From Phallusia mammillata (Eukaryota), in NCBI GenBank assembly GCA_965637545.1, contig OZ281500.1, positions 19,282,001 to 19,346,000 on the forward strand: DNA of 64,000 nucleotides. Reading direction: 5' to 3'. The notes beneath the pieces are model-generated. The model did no database searches. It worked only from the letters and a program-made list of their open reading frames with translations, and had not been told where the DNA came from. Made by a program: the position numbers and the translations under genes. Positions within the stretch are counted from its first letter, which is position 1; each line of letters opens with the position of its first letter. This document shows positions 1-10,764 of the stretch, piece after piece.

Positions 1-3000
1 AAATCGAAAATTTTGACCCGATTTTCAAAAAACCCAAGGCTATAGCCTTTCCGTTTTTTCGAATTTGGGGGGTCAAAAAATCGAAGAAAAATCCGGTTTT
101 CGGTGGGTTTTAGCGGGAATATTCCAGTTTCAAACCGGTTATGACCGGTTTCTGCCTCCTACCGAACCTCCAAACCGGTTTAAACTGGTTTTTGAAATCG
201 AAAATTTTGACCCGATTTTTGAAAAAACCCTAAGGCTATAATCCTTTCCGTTTTTACGATATTTGGGGGTCAAAAAATCGAAGAAAAATCCGGTTTTCGG
301 TGGGTTTTCACCGGAATATTCCAGTTTCAAACCGGTTTAGACCGGTTTCTGCCTCCTACCGAACCTCCAAACCGGTTTAAACTGGTTTTTGAAATCGAAA
401 ATTTTGACCCGATTTTTGAAAAAACCCAAGGCTATAGCCTTTCCCTTTTTCGATTTTGGGAGGTCAAAAAATCGAAGAAAAATCCGGTTTTCGGTGGGTT
501 TTAGCGGGAATATTCCAGTTTCAAACCGGTTATGACCGGTTTCTGCCTCCTACCGAACCTCCAAACCGGTTTAAACCGGTTTTCATAATCGAAAATTTTG
601 ACCCGATTTTTGAAAAAACCCAAGGCTATAGCCTTTCCCTTTTTCGATTTTGGGAGGTCAAAAAATCGAAGAAAAATCCGGTTTTCGGTGGGTTTTCGCC
701 GGAATATTCCAGTTTCAAACCGGTTCAGACCGGTTTCTGCCTCCTACCGAACCTCCAAACCGTTTTAAACCGGTTTTTGAAATCGAAAATTTTGACCCGA
801 TTTTTGAAAAAACCCAAGGCTATAGCCTTTCCCTTTTTCGATTTTGGGAGGTCAAAAAATCGAAGAAAAATCCGGTTTTCGGTGGGTTTTAGCGGGAATA
901 TTCCAGTTTCAAACCGGTTATGACCGGTTTCTGCCTCCTACCGAACCTCCAAACCGGTTTAAACTGGTTTTTGAAATCGAAAATTTTGACCCGATTTTTG
1001 AAAAAACCCTAAGGCTATAATCCTTTCCGTTTTTACGATATTTGGGGGTCAAAAAATCGAAGCAAAATCCGGTTTTAGGTGGGTTTTCACCGGAATATTC
1101 CAGTTTCAAACCGGTTTAGACCGGTTTCTGCCTCCTACCGAACCTCCAAACCGGTTTAAACTGGTTTTTGAAATCGAAAATTTTGACCCTATTTTTCAAA
1201 AAACCCTGAGGCTATAATCCTTTCCGTTTTTACGATATTTGGTGGTCAAAATATCAAAAAAAAAATCCGGTTTTCTGTGGGTTTTCGCGGGAATATTCCA
1301 GTTTCAAACCGTTTATGACCGGTTTCTGCCACCTACCGAACCTCCAAACCGGGTAAACCGGTTTTTAATATCGAAAATTTTGACCCGATTTTTGAAAAAC
1401 CCTGAGGCTATAATCCTTTCCGTTTTTACGATATTTGGTGGTCAAAATATCAAAAAAAAATCCGGTTTTCGGTGGGTTTTCGCGGGAATATTCCAGTTTC
1501 AAACCGGTTATGACCGGTTTCTGCCTCCTACCGAACCTTTAAACCGGTTTAAATCGGTTTTTAAAATCGAAAATTTTGACCCGATTTTGAAAAAATCCAA
1601 GGCTATAGCCTTTCCACTTTTTCGATTTTGGGAGGTCAAACATCGAAGAAAAATCCGGTTTTCGGTGGGTTTTAGCGGGAATATTCCAGTTTCAAACCGG
1701 TTATGACCGTTTTCTGCCTCCTACCGAACCTCCAAACCGGTTTAAACCGGTTTTGAAAATCGAAAATTTTGACCCGATTTTTAAAAAAAACCCAAGGCTA
1801 TAGCCTTTCCGCTTTTTCGATTTTGGGGGTCAAAAAATCGAAGAAAAATCCGGTTTTAGGTGGGTTTTCACCGGAATATTCCAGTTTCAAACCGGTTTAG
1901 ACCGGTTTCTGCCTCCTACCGAACCTCCAAACCGGTTTAAACTGGTTTTTGAAATCGAAAATTTTGACCCTATTTTTCAAAAAACCCTGAGGCTATAATC
2001 CTTTCCCTTTTTCGATTTTTGGGGGTCAAAAAGTTCGAAAAAAAATCCGGTTTTCTGTGGGTTTTCGCGGGAATATTCCAGTTTCAAACCGGTTATGACC
2101 GGTTTCTGCCACCTACCGAACCTCCAAACCGGGTAAACCGGTTTTTAATATCGAAAATTTTGACCCGATTTTTGAAAAAACCCAAGGCTATAGCCTTTCC
2201 CTTTTTACGAATTTGGGAGGACAAAAAATCGAAGAAAAATCCGGTTTTCGGTGGGTTTTCGCGGGAATATTCCAGTTTCAAACCGGTTATGACCGGTTTC
2301 TGCCTCCTACCGAACCTTTAAACCGATTTTCAAAATCGAAAATTTTGACCCGATTTTCAAAAAACCCAAGGCTATAGCCTTTCCGTTTTTTCGATTTTGG
2401 GGGGTCAAAAAATCGAAGAAAAATCCGGTTTTCGGTGGGTTTTCGCGGGAATATTCCAGTTTCAAACCGGTTATGACCGGTTTCTGCCTCCTACCGAACC
2501 TTTAAACCGATTTTCAAAATCGAAAATTTTGACCCGATTTTCAAAAAACCCAAGGCTATAGCCTTTCCGTTTTTTCGAATTTGGGGGGTCAAAAAATCGA
2601 AGAAAAATCCGGTTTTCGGTGGGTTTTAGCGGGAATATTCCAGTTTCAAACCGGTTATGACCGGTTTCTGCCTCCTACCGAACCTCCAAACCGGTTTAAA
2701 CTGGTTTTTGAAATCGAAAATTTTGACCCGATTTTTGAAAAAACCCTAAGGCTATAATCCTTTCCGTTTTTACGATATTTGGGGGTCAAAAAATCGAAGA
2801 AAAATCCGGTTTTCGGTGGGTTTTCGCGGGAATATTCCAGTTTCAAACCGGTTTTGACCGGTTTCTGCCTCCTACCGAACCTCCAAACCGGTTTAAACCG
2901 GTTTTTGAAATCGAAAATTTTGACCCGATTTTTGAAAAAACCCAAGGCTATAGCCTTTCCCTTTTTCGATTTTGGGAGGTCAAAAAATCGAAGAAAAATC

Positions 3001-4248
3001 CGGTTTTCGGTGGGTTTTCGCGGGAATATTCCAGTTTCAAACCGGTTATGACCGGTTTCTGCCTCCTACCGAACCTCCAAACCGGTTTAAATCAGTTTTT
3101 AAAATCGAAAATTTTGACCCGATTTTGAAAAAATCCAAGGCTATAGCCTTTCCGCTTTTTCGATTTTTGGGGGTCAAAAAATCGAAGAAAAATCCGGTTT
3201 TCTGTGGGTTTTCACCGGAATATTCCAGTTTCAAACCGGTTATGACCGGTTTCTGCCTCCTACCGAACCTCCAAACCGGTTTGAACCGGTTTTGAAAATC
3301 GAAAATTTTGACCCGATTTAAAAAAAAACCAAGGCTATAGCCTTTCCGCTTTTTCAATTTTTGGGGATCAAAAAATCGAAGAAAAATCCGGCTTTCGGTG
3401 GGTTTTCGCCGGAATATTCCAGTTTCAAACCGGTTCAGACCGGTTTCTGCCTCCTACCGAACCTCCAAACCGGTTTAAACTGGTTTTTGAAATCGAAAAT
3501 TTTGACCCGATTTTTAAAAAACCCCAAGGCTATAGCCTTTCCATTTTTTCGATTTTGGGGGGTCAAAAAATCGAAGAAAAATCCGGTTTTCGGTGGGTTT
3601 TCGCGGGAATATTCCAGTTTCGAACCGGTTATGACCGGTTTCTGCCTCCTACCGAACCTCCAAACCGGTTTTCATAGTCGAAAATTTTGACCCGATTTTT
3701 GAAAAAACTTTCCCTTTTTTCGATTTATGGGGGTCAAAAAATCGAAGAAAAATCCGGTTTTCTGTGGGTTTTCGCGGGAATATTCCAGTTTCAAACCGGT
3801 TATGACCGGTTTCTGCCTCCTACCGAACCTCCAAACCGGTTTAAACCGGTTTTCAAAATCGAAAATTTTGACCCGATTTTTTAAAAAAACCTAAGGCTAT
3901 TGTTACTGTTGTTTGCCAGTTAAAGCAAGTTTTTGTGCACTTTTCGGTAAAAATCTCAATCACCATGAATAAAGATAAGTTAAGTAAGCTGCAAGAGCAA
4001 GTAATAATCGGTGGAAAGGGATCGGCAAGACGGAAGAGGAAGGTTATCCACAGGACCGCCACAACCGATGATAAAAAACTACAATCCCATTTGAACCGAT
4101 CATCGGTTGCCTTTCCGTTTTTTGGGTGTCAAAAAATCGAAGAAAAGTCCGGTTTTCACCGGAATATTCCAGTTTCAAACTGGTTTTGACCGGTTTCTGC
4201 CTCCTACCGAACCTCCAAACCCGTTGAAGCCGGTTTTGAAAATCGAAA
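1..4248. repeat. Tandem satellite array, ~194-bp monomer (variants of about 180-197 bp), ~21 copies, probably continuing left of the window
   Basis: Monomer AAATCGAAAATTTTGACCCG...AAACTGGTTTTTG restarts at about 1, 195, 392, 586, 780, 974, 1171, 1367, 1564, 1757, 1952, 2147, 2333, 2517, 2711, 2908, 3102, 3296, 3490, 3675 and 3856. The last unit is interrupted at 3901-4108 and the array ends near 4248. Confidence 0.97.
3901..4108 (+). pseudogene. BTF3: BTF3 / NAC-beta 5' fragment (64 nt upstream sequence plus ~44 N-terminal codons) inserted in a satellite monomer
   Basis: From ATG 3965: [43 protein letters not shown], matching the BTF3 N-terminus ([43 protein letters not shown]). The NAC domain is missing and satellite sequence flanks both sides. 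Confidence 0.92.
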
Positions 4249-4833
4249 TACCCCAATATTGTAGCTTTTTTGTTTGAGTGATTGGTGCGTCGATTGAAAA
4301 CATCAAAGTTTGCAGGAAATTTCTCTTTTCTACCTGTTAGGAGTGTATTATTAAACTGTTACCTATTAAAACTTTTCTGCGCACATTTTCATACTTATTA
4401 TTACGAAACAAAAATATTGTGTTAAAGTTTATTTTAATTTTATCATTGTGGTTATATTTGGCGGCCAAAAAAGTTCAACTTTTAAATATTCTTCCTAGAT
4501 TTGCACAAAATTCTTCGTTCAAAGTGCCTTCACAGTCTGTTTGGGCCTATGCTGTACTCCATGACCTGTTTTTAACAAATATGTTCAAAATTAACCTTTA
4601 TTATACCTGTTTATTTTTCGAACGATTTAGTATGAATTGATACACAATTATTGGTGACCAACAGGCAATTGCATTTGATGAAAAAAAATTATGACATTCT
4701 GCAATTTCACTAATACAAACACAACATAAGGAAATTGAAAAAAATGCATATTTGCCACTTTCAATTTAAGATGAGAATAATTGAAACACTGAATAGCATA
4801 TTCTAAGTAAACAGATTCAATGTTAAACAAAAA

Positions 4834-7800
4834 TTAAACAGATCCTACAAATGGTGTCAGTACAGGAACAGTTTCTACATAATGTTTGTATTCTGGAAGA
4901 TGGCCATATCTCTTCATGCCACTTCTCTCTAGGATAGGGATACCACTCACATAGTTAAGAAGGTACCATATAAAAACAGGAGATAACACAGCAATCCATT
5001 TCCAGCCTGGTAACAAGATACAGAAATGTGACACTAGCTTTCACCATTTTGCAATTTGATTAATGCAGGAGTAATAAATAACAGAACGTATATATGTATA
5101 ATATGCTGGTTGATAAGGTCACTTAGAATTAGCATCGGAATTTGAAATGTGTGGATGTGTACATTGTAAAACAATTTTTATCCATTTACAACATCTTAGT
5201 GCAGTGGTTCTCAACTGGGGCCCTCGGCCCCCAGGGTGGCCACAAGCTGTAGTCTCATCAGAAACACCCACTAAAAATCAGTGAGTCATTTTCTTTTGTA
5301 ATGGGCAGAATTGAGTGTGTGCTGCAAATATCTTTATTCCCTGACACTCTTTGTGAGGCCCAAAATATACTTTTATTGGGCCCCATCCATGAAAGGTTAA
5401 GAACCACTGTCTTAGGCTAAGGTAGAACAACAAGAGTGATTCTGTGGTAACTTAAAAAACAAGTATGAAGGGAAAAGTTACAATGACATAGTATGTAGGA
5501 AATAGGAATCAGCAACTTCTTCATAAATATATAACGTTCTTTTGCCTCTGCATACAAGTCAGGTGTTGTGACTTGTACATTTTTAAATTAATTAACTTCA
5601 TGAGGTCAAACAGGTTACACAAGCATCATACAGACTGTTAAAAAAATGTCTTGTCATAATTTTTCTAAAACTAAGGCAAGTATTGTACTAACCTGATAAT
5701 ACAGAACTTGCTATGATTAAGACACCAATCCACAACATAATTTCTCCAAAGTAGTTGGGATGTCGACTAATTGACCAGACGCCTTCCGAAATGAACTTAC
5801 CCTAAAGCAAATTTACTTGTTTGATGCATATGTTTATCAAAAAATTAATTAAAGACAATCTATCTTAAGAAATGCCTTACAACTCTTTAATTACACACAA
5901 GGGCTGTGTGCTTTTAATGGTATCAAAACAGAGCTTGGAGGCAGTCAGTCAGTCAGAGATTTGCTTTGAAAATTTGCGATCAACTTGGTTAAATTTGTCA
6001 AAGTACACAAGGCCTATGAAATTTCCTGCCAACTTCAATAATAGTGCAAAGTTTACCGCTCTTTGTGTTCATCTAAATCTGATAGCTCTGATAAAAAATG
6101 TTTTAAAAATCAATTTTTCTTGTTTTACCTCATTGGCAGGATTACTTCGAAATGCCATCTTTTGTAAATCAGCTGTAACTTCAATTATCATTCCAAGCAT
6201 CCAAACAGCAAAACCAAAGTAATCAATAGACCCCAGTGGTTTACTTTTCTTTTCAGTGTTAACAAGAAGAACAGGAAACAATGTTATATAAATCCACAGT
6301 GCTATTGAGATATTAAAAACAAGTTTAGTAAAAAGTGTCAATGGTAAAGTTTAAACTTGTGTTTATGCTCACCTTGAACAGTCCAGTATATGAAAAACAC
6401 AACTGGCTTTGTTTTGACTTTTGTGAACCGTCGATCACCACCATCTTTAAGGCATCGATAACACAAAAATGACCCAAGTCTTGTGAAAACATACTTTAAG
6501 TTAGTAATAAACAACAATGATTTTTAAAGTGTCTAAATTTTACTTTGAATATTTTTTTCCAAAAATTTGTACTTGAATCTTTTACCTTAAAGCCCATATT
6601 GTAACCATAAATGAAAGAAGAGTCCGACGCCAGTTTTGATGAAGATTGGATCGTAAACTTATATGAGTTAGTAAGATGAAAGTAAGGGACCCTGAAAGAA
6701 TAAAATTCTGCTTAGAACTATTTTGCAACTCTATAAATTATATTTTAGGAATCTTTCTTTAAGAATACTTGTCACACATTTTACTTAGAACAATTGAGTA
6801 AAAATGTTTTGACATGGTTGTAGGTTTCATTACAAGCAGAAAAAGGCATTATGCTGAAAATATGGCTGAGTTGATTTTATGATTTGACCTGTAATGTAAA
6901 TTAATAATGATCTGATGAGTTTAAAAAATAATTCTTATTGTAATAGAAAGCGCTTGAGTTAAGGTGAAAATTTGAATGGTAAATTTTGCCAATATGCAAT
7001 CTACCAAATCTATGCACACAAACTACTGTTAGATTATGTAATGATCAGACTTCATGTAAACACATTATATTCTAATGATCTACTTTAAAACTCATACTTT
7101 ACCTAACTATTTTAGAGTATAATAAGGCAAACAATGTCTCAAACAAACTTTAAAGTGACATACTCCAATAATCAATCATTTTGACACATGCTAATGGCAT
7201 CGTCAGTGATATGAGGGGGCACATCAGTTACAAGTTACAACTTGTGATGCGCCGAGCCTGCCATGTTCAGGCCGAAACAGAATATTCGGCCACTAGGCCG
7301 AAAAAATTTGGCCGAATCAGGCCGAACCTAAAATCCCTCTTTATATGGATGTTTTTAACTGAACCTTGTGTCGTTGATGCGAGTAAATTATGACAAATCA
7401 AAATCACTTTCACAATGTGGAAGCTTTGATCGTAATACTTCGCAGACAACATGGCATGTATTTACTGACACAACATTTAGTTAATTTCTGACATTTCATA
7501 TTGGCGAAAATAATAGTCTAGGCATTAATTCCATGCAATCAAAAAGTTCGGCTTTGGCCGAATTTTCAAAAAAGTTCGGGCCACAAACTGAAACATTAAA
7601 AAACAGCATATCCGGCTGAAATGTTTCGAAACTTCGGTGCATCACTAGTTGTAACTTTGAACCTGCCTCAAAAGGTTCGGGCCGAAACCGAATATTCGGC
7701 CATGAAATTTCAGTTTCACAATGCAGAAGCTTTGCTAAACTTGTAATATTTTGCATACAACGTGACTCGTATTTTATAGATTTTTTAGTTAACAACAATT

Positions 7801-8648
7801 AGTTAATTTATGACGTTTGGTATTGGTGAAAATGATAGTTTAGGCATGAATTCCATGCAATGAAAAAGTTTTAAAAAAGTTCGGGCCGAAACCGAAACAT
7901 CAAAAAACCAACCGAAACTTCGGTGCATCACTAGTTACAACCCACATTGGATTTTATGGCACATTTCGCCGAGATCTCGGGTGTGCACGAAGAGTTTTTA
8001 AGTGTGCAAGTGTGCAAGAAGAAATTTTAGGGTGTATACGAACCAGTCAAGTGTGCACCTTATCAAGAAAAATTTACAAATATTTAACAAAATCTCAAAA
8101 TAACCGTCAAATGCAATTGCGCCACTGGTTAACTAATGTAACTAATCTGGAAAACAGAAGTTATTTAGCGCCTCTAAATAATGTTTTGTCAATAACGCAA
8201 GAAAACAATAGAAAATTTTCGTCGAAGGCTTTTTCCGAGGGGTTGTTCAAGTGTGCAATCAAACTTGAAAAAAAATAGTCTCGGGTGTGCAGCTGCCATA
8301 CTATCCATACTGGGTTACAACCATTCATAAACACTTGAATCACATGAAAGATCGCATAATTTTTTGTTTCTGTAGTACAAGATTTAGTGACTACGCTTGC
8401 TCAAAGCCTGACCAATCATTTCCGAAAACCATACATCATTCGATTTGGTATCAAATCCAACTACTGTATTTGTATTGCTGAAACTTGTATAAGTAACGCA
8501 AACACAAGTGTTAAAAAAGCACTCAAATTTTATTCTTTAACTTACCAACTAAGTCATAAAACTTTTCTGTTTGCAATGTGTAGGCGATGCAAAACCCAAC
8601 AACTTGAATGAACAAGTCAATTCCAGCTAATGTCAATAGACTATGCAT
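4834..8648 (-). CDS. DUF1295-family (steroid 5-alpha-reductase-like) multi-pass membrane protein, 256 aa
   Basis: complement(join(4834..5006,5693..5801,6129..6301,6373..6479,6586..6691,8546..8648)); 771 nt with consistent phases. Family motifs QTEKFYDLVGS, WALRLGSFL, DGGDRRF, ADLQK, SRHPNYFGE and VSGIPILE. The acceptor at 6480-6482 is an AAG. Confidence 0.9.
5202..5409. mobile_element. hAT-type (Buster/Charlie-like) MITE in DUF1295 intron
   Basis: TIRs CAGTGGTTCTCAAC / GTTAAGAACCACTG; 8-bp flanks TCTTAGTG and TCTTAGGC (6/8). Confidence 0.8.
7242..7933. mobile_element. Two tandem diverged copies of a hAT (Ac-like) MITE with TAGTGATG-type ends
   Basis: The 3' end TTCGGTGCATCACTA occurs at 7633-7647 and 7919-7933; the 5' end TTGTGATGCGCCGA is at 7242. 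About 7400-7647 resembles 7700-7933. GTTACAAC lies at 7234-7241 and 7934-7941 (8-bp TSD). Subterminal GGCCGAA motifs. Confidence 0.7.
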
Positions 8649-9049
8649 TGCTACAAAACTGGATTAAATTTGAGGTAAAGATGAAAAACTGTAAAACAAG
8701 GAATTATTACAGGCTTTATAACCATAAGTTTAACGTTGCTTTCATGGTTATAATACTCTCAAACAACGTTTACTCAATCAAAGCTGTAATGTACTGCTCC
8801 AATTTTAGTATATGTACTGCTCAGTCCCCTTCCAAAACCCAGTTGCACTATCGGACAATACGTCACGTGACTCACGTTCCCTCGTTATATAACGAGGGAA
8901 AGTACCCAATTGTAATTACCCTTCTTTGCAACTTCTATTTGTTCAAAACCCAATTTTAAGTTAATAATGCATTACCGTAGGACAAGAATAGTAAAAAATG
9001 CTTTAATTAATAACACAACTGTCATCTGAAACCAAAAATATTGCTATGT

Positions 9050-9135
9050 GTAGCTGCAGCGCATTTAATCATGATTAACCAGTCGTGCCCTTGCGCTAGT
9101 ACATAACGTTTCAACATTGCGCAGCTATTTCCGGC
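9050..9135 (+). repeat. Dispersed repeat; inverted partner at 11410-11496
   Basis: GTAGCTGCAGCGCATTTA (9050) and GCGCAGCTATTTCCGGC (9119) are near-perfect reverse complements of 11480-11496 and 11410-11426. Confidence 0.6.
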
Positions 9136-10764
9136 TTGATGTTGTGCTTTTACCAAGTGAAATCAACTCAAACTCAATCAACACAGCAGGGAATTGTATT
9201 TTTTGCAGCAGCAGGTAATACTGTTGTTTTTATTTAAAACAATCACTTCGAAAAAAAAAAACTTTTTGATTTTGTACACAGCATTCACGCTATTTGGTGA
9301 GACCTGTTTGCTGTTCATCCAATCCTCGTGCTGAAAACCGCAACGTTAAAGTTTAAGCTAATGGTTTAGTGTATATTAGGCTCCAGGTAACGCACTATTG
9401 CAACAAAAGTGCTAATACCAATTAAGTAAGCGACCGTGATATATCCGCTATAGGCTATAACTTATAGCTAATCGTTTACCCAACAAGGGGTCAAACAAGG
9501 GGTGAAATTTCGTTGCCTCAGCAAGTTCAACGCATGGAGCAACGTCGATTAAACAAATCGTCGACTGAAAAATCGTTGCTTAAACAGTTCCACGAGACGG
9601 TTGTTTAAAAAGAACATTGTTTACTGACCTGAATGGGCCTGTACTTGACGGTCGCTTTTGTGTGTCGAACAGGCTCGTTGAAGGAAGTATTAACGACTTT
9701 TTTGGTAAAGTTACAAGAATAAAGTCGCAACGTTTTGCAGTACGACTTCAAGATACGATTTAGGGCAAATGTTAAAAACATAAAGTAAGCTAAAGAACTC
9801 GTCAGAGGTTGCTAAAAAGTTAAAAAAAACGTTCAAACGGTAATAAACTATTGCAGTTGAGGGTTTAATACCTGGGATTTCTTGTTATGTACTAAATCTT
9901 AACATTGTTCATCAGCATAAAAAATGTAGAATTTGCATAATTTGAAACAGGTCGACACTTAAACTGTCCATGCAAAAAAATTCAGGAACTGGTTACGAAA
10001 TATTTGTATGACCAAGGCCATTTAAGTCCGAAGCTGTTATGATAAGCGGGGTTCCACGTCTAGAATGTTCATTGTATCAAATTTCGTGTATTGGCCTGAT
10101 TCATTGCCATCATCACCAGTAATGGTAAACACCGCAATGATTCAATAGAGCTGGTAAACCACCAAAAGCCAATTTATAAGACCATTTCTCCATGCTCCTT
10201 ACTTTACGACACATAGGAATCCTTATTTGTTTACCTATTCGTATGGACCAGCTTTAGTGGGCAGAACTTTAGTGTCTTTGTCGCAATAGCTGCAAAAGCG
10301 AACATAAAAGATGCTTACCGAAGTTTACACCACCATTAGCAGCAGAAGTTGTTACTCGCATATCCATGGGCAGTGGAATAGGCAAAACTCTAACAGAAAG
10401 CAGATTATTTTAACACAGCAAATTGTTGAAAATTGTTAATGAAATGAGCTAACAAAACTGCTCGGGAGTTTGTGTGTAGTGAGTAGTAAATACATTGTAA
10501 TGCAGAAGTTTCATAAACATAATGGCAAAGGCAGTTGCTGAAACGTCTGCAATTTTGTAATGTTTCTCTGGCGATTGGATTTTGATTAAACGCCTAATTT
10601 TAATTGTGAACAAACCAAGATGTAATAAGAGTTTAATATCGAGTTCCCTGTAATCAACTTGTGACCATTGCATTAAAAGATAATACTTTCCACTTGTGTG
10701 CAGTTCTGATTAGTTTGCGTTGTAATTTATTTGTGAACAAACGTACAGCGCTCAACGCTCGGCA

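Noticed and set aside
97-119. CENP-B-box-like TTCGGTGGG(TTTT)AGCGGGA in the monomer
   Set aside because: TTCG-to-CGGG spacing is 11 nt rather than 8 and the required A is missing, so it does not meet the box definition.
139-3884. Many overlapping ORFs of 60-155 aa in the supplied track
   Set aside because: They are translations of the satellite on both strands and in several frames, broken by monomer indels, with no protein family signal.
1-4248. Palindromic repeats with one unique insert resemble a CRISPR array
   Set aside because: Eukaryotic context, 194-bp units joined without spacers, a single 208-bp insert and no cas genes. The capture itself is reported as a finding.
9500-10690. Coding-looking stretches and splice-like sites between DUF1295 and SLC5
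   Set aside because: No phase-consistent chain without stops, one intron would be only ~29 nt, and no recognisable motif.
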